Origin: an uncultured Planctomycetia bacterium
GTDB lineage: Bacteria > Omnitrophota > Gorgyraeia > JABMRG01
DNA: 28,113 nucleotides
Assembly (NCBI GenBank): GCA_964492885.1
Contig: CAZBMI010000001.1
Coordinates: 1-28,113, forward strand
Direction of reading: 5' to 3'
Shown: positions 1 through 8,600 of the stretch, in pieces
How the letters are laid out: every line of letters starts with the position of its first letter
Position numbering within the stretch: position 1 is the stretch's first letter
Translations under genes and position numbers: made by a program
The notes under the pieces: model-generated
What the model saw: only the letters and a program-made list of their open reading frames with translations
Databases searched by the model: none
Told to the model about the DNA's origin: nothing

Positions 1-928
1 CATGCCCGCCTCCTATGCCCGCAAAACGCTGCCTGCCAACGGCATCTATCTCATCCATAAATATAATAGCGCCCTTTCCGCCTGTCTTGGCTGAGCGCTT
101 TGCCTGGTCAAACAGATCCCTTACCCTTGCGGCTCCCACGCCGACAAACATCTCTACAAAATCAGAACCGCTTATGCTGAAAAACGGCACCTCTGCCTCT
201 CCCGAAACAGCCTTTGCAAGAAGCGTCTTTCCACAGCCGGGAGGCCCCATAAGAAGAACTCCTTTGGGCATCTTGCCGCCTAAACGCTGGAATCTTTTGG
301 GGTCTTTTAAGAACTCTATAACCTCCTGAAGCTCTTCCTTTGCCTCATCTACTCCCGCGACATTTTTGAAAGTGACCTTTGCCTTGTCCGCTGACACGAG
401 CTTTGCGCGGCTCTTTCCGAATGATAATATCCTGCCCGCGCCTCCTCCTGCTCCTGCCCCGCGCAGAAAGAAAAACCACATAAGCCCGAAGAATAAGAGC
501 GTGGGCCCTATTGCGTATAACAGGCTTGAGAATAACGTCTTTGACGGTTTTACACTAACATCAGAGACATTATTCCTTATAATCTTTATCAGCTCTGTAT
601 CATTGGGGGGTATATTTACACTGAATCTCGTGCCGTCAGAAAATTGGCCTCCCACCTTATCCTCCATAAGGACGACTTTTGCTATTCTCTGCGTAGACGG
701 GTTTTGCTCAAGCTCCCTGTAGAATTCACTGTATGGTATTGTCCTGAACATCCCCCCCATTGTCTCCATCGATGATGAATTCATTCGAAAGAGTATTATA
801 AATAAAAATATAGTTATAATCCAGAACAGCATCCCCGGCTGCTTATTCTTCTTAGGAGGCTTAAATTTGGAGAACTTGTTGTTCTTGCCTTTTTTTCCTG
901 TCTTTTTGCTGTTATTGCCGTTTGCCAT
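1..928 (-). CDS. ftsH: ATP-dependent zinc metalloprotease FtsH, 5' part (runs off the window edge)
   Basis: Not in the ORF track; translated by hand. ATG at 928 ([15 protein letters not shown]...). The same frame contains Walker [10 protein letters not shown] and ends [18 protein letters not shown], the FtsH Walker B region. It lies downstream of tilS, a conserved arrangement. Confidence 0.96.
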   Translation of the reverse strand, partial: MANGNNSKKTGKKGKNNKFSKFKPPKKNKQPGMLFWIITIFLFIILFRMNSSSMETMGGMFRTIPYSEFYRELEQNPSTQRIAKVVLMEDKVGGQFSDGTRFSVNIPPNDTELIKIIRNNVSDVSVKPSKTLFSSLLYAIGPTLLFFGLMWFFFLRGAGAGGGAGRILSFGKSRAKLVSADKAKVTFKNVAGVDEAKEELQEVIEFLKDPKRFQRLGGKMPKGVLLMGPPGCGKTLLAKAVSGEAEVPFFSISGSDFVEMFVGVGAARVRDLFDQAKRSAKTGGKGAIIFMDEIDAVGRQRFAGIGGGH

Positions 929-1009
929 ATCGTCTGTTTATCCTTTGTAAAAAATAGTAAATTTTATACCGGTTGCATCGCGCGGAGAATATATAATAGC
1001 AGATTGCCC

Positions 1010-2407
1010 TTATCTTGTCAACAATTCTAGTCTTAATATTTTTTTAGTATTTATATTTAGCCTGCACGTATCCGATATGCCTATGCCGCAGGCGCAAATA
1101 ATATCGCCTTCTGCGGATATTATAAGGGGGGTGTTTGCCCTGGACTTTCCGGGTATCTTTTTGTCCACAAATATATCAGAGAGTTTCTTGGCCTTCTTCA
1201 TGCCAAGAGGTATCATCCTGTCACCCTGTTTCCACATCCTTACAAAGAGAGGAAATACTACCTTGTCAGCATCGAGATATTCGACTCTTTTGACTTTTTT
1301 TGAAAAATCAGGTGCATTTTTTATAAAACCGGCGGCAATCCTTTTCCTGTTAAACCTGGTAACCCCGGGAATTTTGATAATTTTTGGCTCGGTTGTTCTT
1401 TTCCTTGACTGCTTTTTATCATAAATTCCGAGCTTAACGATTCTGCTTAATTTTTCAGCTCTTATTTTATGCGGAAGGTTGACTACCGAGCCTGCAGGCC
1501 TTTCTGAAATAAGAGATTCCATCTCCCTGCAGTGTTTATAATCAATGCCCTCTAACCCCTTACCCAAATCCTCTATGGCACGCCTTATAAGGGCCCTTTT
1601 AAGAGACGGGTGGGCTCTCTTAAAACCCTGTATAGAAAAAGAGACAGTGCCTTTGCCTTTTTTGAGCAGGAGCTTGAAATCTTTTTCTTGCTTTAGCTTT
1701 ATGTATTCGTAATCCGTATTGAGTAAAAGAGCTAATGTTGCTATCTGTTCTTTTATGCTCTGAGAGTAATTTTTTCTTAAAAACGGAATAAGCTCTTTTC
1801 TGACCCTGTTTCTGAAGAACCTTACATCAGCGTTTGATGAATCTATCCTCGGTTTTATTCTCTTTGTTTTTAAATACGCTTCTATCTCCTTGCGTGATAT
1901 ATCCAGCATAGGCCTTATAAGCACGGCGTTTCCAAGTACTGCTTTTACCGGGATACCGCATAATCCTTTTAGCCCCGTCCCGCGCAGCAACCTCATAAGG
2001 ACAGTCTCGGCCTGGTCATCCTTTGTATGCGCGGTCGCGATAACATCAGCATCGGCAGAATCCGCTGTTGTCTTAAAAAAATCATACCTTACGCGGCGCG
2101 CGGCGTCTTCTAATGAGAGTTTATTCTCTTTGGCAAAGGCTTTCACATCCCGGTTTTTTGTATAAACCGGTATAGACAGCCTCTTTGCGAGTTTCAGAAC
2201 ATAGAACCGGTCATTATCGGACTCTCTGCCCCTTAATAAATGGTTTAAGTGCGCTATAAATAACTTAAGCTGCATCTTCGCGGAAATCGTTTTAAACGCA
2301 TAGAGCATAGCCACCGAATCAGCCCCGCCTGAGACACAGACAAGAACCCTCTCGCCCTTTTTAAGGAGGGAGTCTTTTTTTATGCTTTGTGTAAATTTTT
2401 TAATCAT
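1010..2407 (-). CDS. tilS: tRNA(Ile)-lysidine synthase
   Basis: PP-loop CVSGGADS, AHLNHLLRG, TAHTKDDQAETVLMRLLRGTG, RNRVR, and a C-terminal TilS_C region (RMWKQGDRMIPLG...KKLSDIFVDKKIP). Confidence 0.97.
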   Translation of the reverse strand: MIKKFTQSIKKDSLLKKGERVLVCVSGGADSVAMLYAFKTISAKMQLKLFIAHLNHLLRGRESDNDRFYVLKLAKRLSIPVYTKNRDVKAFAKENKLSLEDAARRVRYDFFKTTADSADADVIATAHTKDDQAETVLMRLLRGTGLKGLCGIPVKAVLGNAVLIRPMLDISRKEIEAYLKTKRIKPRIDSSNADVRFFRNRVRKELIPFLRKNYSQSIKEQIATLALLLNTDYEYIKLKQEKDFKLLLKKGKGTVSFSIQGFKRAHPSLKRALIRRAIEDLGKGLEGIDYKHCREMESLISERPAGSVVNLPHKIRAEKLSRIVKLGIYDKKQSRKRTTEPKIIKIPGVTRFNRKRIAAGFIKNAPDFSKKVKRVEYLDADKVVFPLFVRMWKQGDRMIPLGMKKAKKLSDIFVDKKIPGKSRANTPLIISAEGDIICACGIGISDTCRLNINTKKILRLELLTR

Positions 2408-2437
2408 AGATTATAATACAAGGAGATTAGAGATTGC

Positions 2438-2917
2438 CTAAAAACGTACAGTAAGATATGTAATAAGAATAGAAAATACAAGCAGCACAAAGAAGAACGC
2501 GAATATTATCTTAGGCTTTCTGTGGGCCCACAGGACATGCCGCTCTATCATCTTCTGATTATCGGATTCTATCTCATCGTACTCAACCCCGAAAAGATAA
2601 GTATCAAGTACATACTCTGATATCTTCTTCGACCACCTGAGAGTCGCGTAAGAATCGGTTGCAAGCACGCTTGAAGGTATGTTTATTATAAGCTTAAATT
2701 TTGTTTTATTCGGCTCAAGCTCAAAAGGCACTTTCCCCTTCTCGGACTTTATCTCTATACACATTCCGCCTTTGCCTATATTGCGCGTAAACCCTTGGAG
2801 TATGGGCGACTTAGGCTCGTTCTTCTCATCAATAAGCTGGCATTCAACAGGAAAAGCGGCATCCAGCCTTATATAGCGCCTTCTCTCATTTATTGCCTTC
2901 TTTATGGCCTTTTTCAT
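2438..2917 (-). CDS. PilZ-domain protein with a C-terminal transmembrane helix
   Basis: RRRYIRL matches the RxxxR motif and NIGKGGMCI is a variant of (D/N)xSxxG. GVEY lies in the last strand, followed by a hydrophobic tail IIFAFFFVLLVFSILITYL. Confidence 0.85.
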   Translation of the reverse strand: MKKAIKKAINERRRYIRLDAAFPVECQLIDEKNEPKSPILQGFTRNIGKGGMCIEIKSEKGKVPFELEPNKTKFKLIINIPSSVLATDSYATLRWSKKISEYVLDTYLFGVEYDEIESDNQKMIERHVLWAHRKPKIIFAFFFVLLVFSILITYLTVRF

Positions 2918-2924
2918 ATAGTTA

Positions 2925-2953
2925 ATTTTATACTAAAACTATGTATATGTAAA
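2925..2953 (-). promoter_or_regulatory. Candidate sigma70 promoter for the PilZ gene (probably leaderless)
   Basis: TTTACA-17 nt-TAAAAT; the -10 box ends 7 nt before the ATG at 2917, and there is no Shine-Dalgarno sequence. Confidence 0.5.
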
Positions 2954-2955
2954 CT

Positions 2956-2991
2956 AAAAAAACAAAGACAGCCACTTAATTAGTAACTGCC
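2956..2991 (-). terminator. Intrinsic terminator after the tRNA
   Basis: Minus-strand hairpin GGCAGTTACT-aatta-AGTGGCTGTC pairs fully only with G-U wobbles, which fixes the strand. It is followed by TTTGTTTTTTT. Confidence 0.75.
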
Positions 2992-3011
2992 CCTAATGTA
3001 ACTAAGAAGAA

Positions 3012-3088
3012 TGGTAGCGGCGAGTGGAATTGAACCACTGACAACACGGGTATGAGCCGTGTGCTCTGACCATCTGAGCTACGCCGCC
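3012..3088 (-). tRNA. tRNA with CAT anticodon, most likely elongator tRNA-Met
   Basis: 77 nt GGCGGCGTAGCTCAGATGGTCAGAGCACACGGCTCATACCCGTGTTGTCAGTGGTTCAATTCCACTCGCCGCTACCA. Cloverleaf with anticodon stem CACGG/CCGTG, loop CTCATAC, T-loop GTTCAAT and encoded CCA. The G1-U72 pair and GGCGGCG acceptor argue against an initiator; Ile2 is not fully excluded. Confidence 0.95.
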
Positions 3089-3111
3089 ACAATTTTACGC
3101 ATTCACACTTG

Positions 3112-3162
3112 CCCCGTAACAAATTTTACTTAAGTTCGTTGGCTTATAAATTTGACACGGGG
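3112..3162. repeat. CCCCG...CGGGG hairpin module, copy 1 (51 bp), in the tRNA leader
   Basis: Arms CCCCGTAACAAATTT and AAATTTGACACGGGG. Its 21-nt interior matches the reverse complement of the copy 3 interior at 15/21 positions. Confidence 0.8.
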
Positions 3163-3195
3163 CGCCGCCATAATTTCCACTAATTTTGTGAAGTG

Positions 3196-3225
3196 ATTAT
3201 AGCAGAAAAGCCCAACCCGTGTCAA
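3196..3225 (-). promoter_or_regulatory. Sigma70 promoter for the tRNA
   Basis: Perfect TTGACA (3225-3220) and TATAAT (3201-3196) with an 18-nt spacer, about 100 nt upstream of the tRNA. Confidence 0.8.
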
Positions 3226-3242
3226 GAACCGTTCTTGTAACA

Positions 3243-3404
3243 GCTGTATCACACTTCGGAGTAATTTCGCAGGAGCGCTCGCAATCCCCAGCGTGGATTG
3301 CTCGCTCTGCTTTTCTGCTCATTCGTATAGTTTATATAGTGGAAAAACCCTGCCATTCGCAGAAAAGAAAGTCCTGCTCTAATTACTCCAAAGTGTGAGA
3401 CAGC
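3243..3404. repeat. 162-bp multi-branched palindromic element (MITE/REP-like or structured RNA)
   Basis: 24-bp terminal inverted repeat with 2 mismatches (3243-3266 GCTGTATCACACTTCGGAGTAATT versus 3381-3404). Internal pairs are GCAATCC/GGATTGC and CTTTTCTGC/GCAGAAAAG. Confidence 0.7.
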
Positions 3405-3428
3405 ATTATAAGACTGACACAGGATTGG

Positions 3429-6400
3429 TTAAGAACTGGCAGGATTATTTTCGCATGTGCCGTTTCTTTCACAGCGTATCATACTTGAATGATGCGTGAG
3501 CTTTAATGCTATGTCATCCACAATGGAATAGACGCATGGTATTACTATAAGTGTAAGCATTGTCGCGAATATTATACCCCAGCATATTGAGAGCGCCATT
3601 GGAACCAGGAACGGGTCTTTCCCCCCTATTCCGTATGCAACCGTTGACAAACCTCCTGCTGTTGTAACGGTAGTCAGTATAACAGGCCTTAGCCTTATCT
3701 GCCCTGCCTTTATTATTGAATCGTATCTGCTCATACCCTTTCTGCGAAGGTTATTGATAAAACTCACCAATACTATCGAGTCATTGACAACAATACCGTT
3801 TAATCCTACTATTCCCAGTATTGAAAGAAAAGACATCGGAACCCCGTGAGCTATAAAAGCTATTACAACACCTATAATGCCGAATGGTATGGCAAGCATC
3901 ACTATAAAAGGCTGTATAAGCGACCTGAAGAATGAAGCCAATATAAGATAGATTATCAGAAACGCGTAGAAGAATGCCTTTAAAAGGCTCATAAGCGATT
4001 TTATAGACTCTTCCTGCTCTCCGCCGTATTTTACAGAATACCCGAAATATCTGTCTTTTATATGCTTGAACTTCTCCTGCAGCATCCTGTTTATCCTTAC
4101 TGACGTTATCTTGTCAGTATCAAGGTTTGACGAGGCAGTGACAACGCGCTTACCGTCTAAATGGTGTATTGTCGTTGTGCCAGGCACCTTCTCTATCGAG
4201 GCGACCTTCTTAAGGGGAATCAGGTTTCCGGAGGTGTTTCTCACTAATATGCTGTCAAAGACCTGCTCGTCGCTTGCAAGGTCTTTTGGAAACATAAGTG
4301 TAACATCCGTCTCTTCTTCTGCTTTTACAGGTTTTACCTTTGTCGCGATAGTCCCTTCAAAAACACCTCTTACTGTCTTTGCTATTTGAGCAATAGAAAG
4401 GCCTGCCACCCTTGCTTTATTGTTATCAACCTTTATGCGTATCTCTTCCTTGCCGGGCTTGTGATCCCATGTAACATCACTGGTTCCGTCAATAGTATTT
4501 AAATAGTCCATATATTCAAAAGCTATCTTATCCAGGGTACCGAAATCCTCCCCCCTTGCCTTTACTTCAACGGGTTTACCTACGGGCGGGCCTGCCTCGG
4601 GCTTGTCAAGTCTTAGGTCTGTAAAACCTTTGATATCTTTTATCTTACCCCTTAATTCATCGATTATCTCTTCAACGCTCCTTTTTCTGTCCTGCTCAGG
4701 CTTAAGATACACGGCAACCTGCACAAGGTGGCTTGCCTTTCCCGCGAAAGGGTCATGCCTGTCTTCCGCGATATTGCCAATAGATGTTACAAAGGCATCC
4801 ATCTCGTCTCTTGAGATCTGTGATACTATCTCTTCGACAGGCGCTATAAGCTCATTAGCCTTTTTTAAAGGCGTGCCTATCGGTGCCTCTGCCCTTACAA
4901 AGAAATAGTTTATGCCCGCACTTGGGAATAATATGAATTTAAGCGGCCCTTTTCCTGAGAAGGACAACACCATGGTGCTGATACACAAAACCGCTGCTGC
5001 AAATGTCCCTAAAAATACATACCACTTCTTCCTTACGGCTGTTTCAACTATTCTTGTATAAAAAGCTACCAGGTTTTTAAACCAGGGAAGATCTTTCTTT
5101 AGGCCGATTGGCTTTCCGTCTGAACCGAGTTTTACCTTTACAAAATCCGCTATGTGGCTTGGTAAGATAATAAGCGCCTCTCCCAGCGAGGCTGCCAAAG
5201 CTATTATAAGAACAGTCGGGATATTTCTGATAAACCTTCCTATTATCCCCGTCATGAAAAGAAGCGGTGAATACGCCGCTATTGTGGTAAACACGGCTGC
5301 TGATACTGCCCCCATTACCTCTTCTGTGCCTTTTATGGCAGCCTGCCTCGGGGCAAGGCCTTCTTCTATATAGCGGTATGAGTTCTCGGCAACAATAATA
5401 CCGTCGTCTACAAGCATACCAAGTACTATTATAAGCCCGAACATGCTCATTAAATTTATAGTAACACCCATAGAGCTCATAATCATAAATGTCGTAAAGA
5501 ATGCGATAGGTATTCCAAGAATGGTAACTGCCGCTATTCTGTACTGTAAAAACAGAAGCATTATCGCGATTACTATAAGTAAACTGACCCACCCGTTATT
5601 ACCGAGCACATTAAGCCTTCTTCGGGCAAAATAAGAGTAGTCATTAACATATGATATCTCGAGGCTCTCAGGAGAGTTTTTCAGAAAGTCATCGCATCTT
5701 CTCTTTACCTCGTCAACTATGCTCAAGGCGTCACCTGAGGCTCTTTTGGTGACTAAGAGGTTTATAGAGCGTTTTCCGAAGGTTTTGTATATAATCTCTT
5801 CTTTTTTGAATGAATCTTTTACAGTTGCTATATCCTTTATCTTAAGCCAGTTTCCGGCGTCATTAGACCTTACTATTATATCCTCAACCTCTTCTGTGGT
5901 AGTAAACTCTCCTGTAGTCCTTACGCTGTACTCTGTGGTATCTGTATTAAACTCTCCCGCAGGTATGCTTACATTGCGGCCTGCGAGAGCCTCTTCAACC
6001 TCATCAAAAGAGACGTAAAGCTCTTTCATTTTTTCGGGGTCAAGGTATATTTGTATCTCCCTGTCCCGGTAGCCTGACTTTGTAACCTTGGCAACCCCTG
6101 AAACATCCTCTAATATATCCTCGAGTACATCAGCATAGTAGCGCAGTTTTGCCTCATCCATGGTCCCTGAAAGCGACACCTCTATTATCGCGTACTGGCT
6201 GCTGTCAATCTCTGTTGTAATAGGGTCTTCATATATATCCCTGGGAAGGTCTTTTACCCTGTCTACAGCGTCTTTTATGTCATTTACGACTTTGCGTTTG
6301 TCCTTGGAATCAGGGTCTATCTCAACCATTATATAAGAGGCGCCGTGCGCTGATGAGGAGCGGAGCTCATCAATACCGTCAACCTCTTTAAGCTCTTTCT

Positions 6401-6602
6401 CTATCGGCACTGTGATGAGCTTTTCAACATCAAGTGGCGTTGCCCCCGGGTAAGATGTGCTTATGGTGACAATATCAAAACTCACGTTAGGGAATATCTC
6501 CCTGTTCATGCCCAATACTACAAGCACTCCTATTATGATAATCATAACAGATATAAGGTTAACGAACAGGGACTGGTTTACACTAAAACGCGGAAGGCTC
6601 AT
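3429..6602 (-). CDS. RND-family efflux permease (AcrB/AcrD/AcrF-like)
   Basis: 1057 aa with two large periplasmic loops and about 12 TM segments; GMLVDDGIIVAEN (TM4) and RLRPVILTT (TM11). Confidence 0.95.
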   Translation of the reverse strand: MSLPRFSVNQSLFVNLISVMIIIIGVLVVLGMNREIFPNVSFDIVTISTSYPGATPLDVEKLITVPIEKELKEVDGIDELRSSSAHGASYIMVEIDPDSKDKRKVVNDIKDAVDRVKDLPRDIYEDPITTEIDSSQYAIIEVSLSGTMDEAKLRYYADVLEDILEDVSGVAKVTKSGYRDREIQIYLDPEKMKELYVSFDEVEEALAGRNVSIPAGEFNTDTTEYSVRTTGEFTTTEEVEDIIVRSNDAGNWLKIKDIATVKDSFKKEEIIYKTFGKRSINLLVTKRASGDALSIVDEVKRRCDDFLKNSPESLEISYVNDYSYFARRRLNVLGNNGWVSLLIVIAIMLLFLQYRIAAVTILGIPIAFFTTFMIMSSMGVTINLMSMFGLIIVLGMLVDDGIIVAENSYRYIEEGLAPRQAAIKGTEEVMGAVSAAVFTTIAAYSPLLFMTGIIGRFIRNIPTVLIIALAASLGEALIILPSHIADFVKVKLGSDGKPIGLKKDLPWFKNLVAFYTRIVETAVRKKWYVFLGTFAAAVLCISTMVLSFSGKGPLKFILFPSAGINYFFVRAEAPIGTPLKKANELIAPVEEIVSQISRDEMDAFVTSIGNIAEDRHDPFAGKASHLVQVAVYLKPEQDRKRSVEEIIDELRGKIKDIKGFTDLRLDKPEAGPPVGKPVEVKARGEDFGTLDKIAFEYMDYLNTIDGTSDVTWDHKPGKEEIRIKVDNNKARVAGLSIAQIAKTVRGVFEGTIATKVKPVKAEEETDVTLMFPKDLASDEQVFDSILVRNTSGNLIPLKKVASIEKVPGTTTIHHLDGKRVVTASSNLDTDKITSVRINRMLQEKFKHIKDRYFGYSVKYGGEQEESIKSLMSLLKAFFYAFLIIYLILASFFRSLIQPFIVMLAIPFGIIGVVIAFIAHGVPMSFLSILGIVGLNGIVVNDSIVLVSFINNLRRKGMSRYDSIIKAGQIRLRPVILTTVTTAGGLSTVAYGIGGKDPFLVPMALSICWGIIFATMLTLIVIPCVYSIVDDIALKLTHHSSMIRCERNGTCENNPASS

Positions 6603-8059
6603 TGTATATTCTCATCTGTTTTTAAGAGGTTATTCATAGCAACGTTTAAGTCAACTATCGCCGCCTTGTAATCATACAGGGACTTCAGGTATCGAAGTTT
6701 CGCTGCGAAAAAATCGTTCTGGTAGCGGAGAAGCCTGTCAGTATCAGAGCGCCCGTAATTAAACCTCTTTTCCTCTCCTGTGTATTTCTTACGCTCGAGT
6801 TCGGAAGCGTTCTTCAAAAGGGTTACAGTATCATACATTCTTTTGGCATGCACAAAAGCGTCATTTACCTGCACGAAGATAAGGCACTCTGTCTTTTTGA
6901 GATTAACAAGCGCTTTTGCCTTTTCAAGTTCTTTTTGCGAATATTCTGCCCTTGCCTGGCTGTTCTCTAAAGGAATGCTGAATACCACTTTCACGGAATA
7001 TTCCGGGTGGTCATCGGAAGTTATCTCTCTTATGGAATGTTTAAACTTCGCGTCAAGGCCGTTCTTCTTAAACGTGCCTTTTAAATCTATCTGCGGCCAC
7101 ATAGAGCTCTTTTTCATCTCTATATAAAGATGCATGGACCTTATCGTATTCTTAGCCGCCTTGTAGTCACGCCTGTTATTTAACGCGGTCTTTACCACAT
7201 CCTCGAATCCAGCTGTAAGCTCTTCGCATTCAAAATCATCAACAGGAGATATGCCCGCCTTTCTGTTTAGATTGAGCTTCAGCCTTAGCAGGTTAAGCGC
7301 CTTGTTTAATTTATCATTGGCAATCAAGACATCATTCTCCTTTTGGCTTAAATCCCCTTTAACAGCGTAAAATTCAGGCGGCTCTACAAGGCCTATGTCA
7401 AACTTTCTCTTGTTTGCCCTAAATAACTCCTGCGTATTCTCAAAGACACTCTCAGCAAGCTCAAGGTCCTTATACGCCAGCACTAAATTCCAGTAAGCCT
7501 TTTGTGAGTCCGCGAGTTCTTTCTCTATCTTATCTAACGAAGTATAACCTGTATTTTCAATATCGATTCCTGTTATCTTTACAGTATTTCTGTCTATAAT
7601 CCCTAAGAAATTCCTTGCCAAAGGTTGAGTTATAGAGACCGTCGCTGATGACTCATGGGAAGGATTAATCGCGTTCCATGCTGAATTCGTTGCCTCACGC
7701 GTATGGTCGGCCCCGAGTGAAAGCACGGTCCCGGTAGGAAGTCTTTTAGTTAAGCTTACCTGCTCGCTTACAGAGGTCACCTTGCTCCCAAGGGCCACAA
7801 ATGACTTATCCAGCCTGTCCTCATCATATTCATAAGAGGAGTCGAACTCTGTATCGTATACTGCCCGTGCCTTAAGAAGCTCTTTTTCACTTATGCGCTG
7901 GTCCAGTTTATAAATCTGTATATCGAAATTATTCTCGAGAGCAAGCGCGCTGACATTGTCTATGCCAAGTTCAAAAGCATCTTTATCCTGCGCGTAAACA
8001 TCCCCTGCTAGAATCATAACAAAGAAAAATATGTAAATTAAGCGATGAAAAGCTCTCAT
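6599..8059 (-). CDS. TolC-family outer membrane efflux protein
   Basis: Signal peptide, ALALENNFDI, repeated helical/beta OEP pattern, WPQIDLKG, and VVFSIPLEN. Its stop overlaps the RND start (ATGA). Confidence 0.9.
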   Translation of the reverse strand: MRAFHRLIYIFFFVMILAGDVYAQDKDAFELGIDNVSALALENNFDIQIYKLDQRISEKELLKARAVYDTEFDSSYEYDEDRLDKSFVALGSKVTSVSEQVSLTKRLPTGTVLSLGADHTREATNSAWNAINPSHESSATVSITQPLARNFLGIIDRNTVKITGIDIENTGYTSLDKIEKELADSQKAYWNLVLAYKDLELAESVFENTQELFRANKRKFDIGLVEPPEFYAVKGDLSQKENDVLIANDKLNKALNLLRLKLNLNRKAGISPVDDFECEELTAGFEDVVKTALNNRRDYKAAKNTIRSMHLYIEMKKSSMWPQIDLKGTFKKNGLDAKFKHSIREITSDDHPEYSVKVVFSIPLENSQARAEYSQKELEKAKALVNLKKTECLIFVQVNDAFVHAKRMYDTVTLLKNASELERKKYTGEEKRFNYGRSDTDRLLRYQNDFFAAKLRYLKSLYDYKAAIVDLNVAMNNLLKTDENIQ

Positions 8060-8502
8060 CTTCTGTCCTTGAGACCGTTATATATCTTCCTGATAAGCTC
8101 CAGATAGAGCTTCTTCTCATTCTGTGTGAGCGCAGAAAACATACTTTTTATAAATACCAGGCGATTTCTGTTGATGCCTCTGGCAAGGGCCTTTCCCTTT
8201 TTTGTAAGGGTGACCTCTACAACGCGCCTGTCTCTTTCAGAATGGTGCCTGTTTACAAGTCTTAAGCCTATCAGTTTATCAATTATCGCCGTCGAAGCAC
8301 TCATTGTGCGCTTAAGGGCTTTTGATAGCATAGACATATTCAGGCTCTTCTCTTGCAGCAATAATTCAAGTGTTACGATATCCGATATGTTAAGGGTCCC
8401 ATCCAGCAGCAGGGTGTTTAACCTGTCGGCAAACTCCCTGTGCATGGCGCTTGTAATATTGGCTATCTCCTGCTCATAAAAATATCTTTTTTTTGTTTTC
8501 AT
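8056..8502 (-). CDS. MarR-family transcriptional regulator
   Basis: 148 aa winged helix: MSMLSKAL...SASTAIIDKLIGLRLVNR..SERDRRVVEVTLTKKG. It is the first gene of the efflux operon, with an ATGA overlap to tolC. Confidence 0.93.
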   Translation of the reverse strand: MKTKKRYFYEQEIANITSAMHREFADRLNTLLLDGTLNISDIVTLELLLQEKSLNMSMLSKALKRTMSASTAIIDKLIGLRLVNRHHSERDRRVVEVTLTKKGKALARGINRNRLVFIKSMFSALTQNEKKLYLELIRKIYNGLKDRR

Positions 8503-8528
8503 AAAAACATCTGCTTATTTTATATATC

Positions 8529-8553
8529 AAATATTTCAGTAATTAAAATATTT
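8529..8553. promoter_or_regulatory. Candidate MarR operator
   Basis: AAATATTT-9 nt-AAATATTT (each half is self-palindromic), located between the predicted -10 box and the marR start. Confidence 0.4.
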
Positions 8554-8562
8554 ATTTATAAA

Positions 8563-8591
8563 AATATATACCACAAACCGGTAAAAGTCAA
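8563..8591 (-). promoter_or_regulatory. Candidate sigma70 promoter for marR-tolC-RND
   Basis: TTGACT-17 nt-TATATT immediately after the mnmA stop codon. Confidence 0.6.
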
Positions 8592-8600
8592 GTGAAAAAA

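Noticed and set aside
15-722. Plus-strand ORFs 15..329 and 366..722
   Set aside because: They are antisense shadows of ftsH, whose minus frame is open from 928 to the window edge with diagnostic motifs.
929-1009. Missing hpt between tilS and ftsH as a deletion scar
   Set aside because: The 81-bp gap has no remnant ORF, and direct tilS-ftsH adjacency is common.
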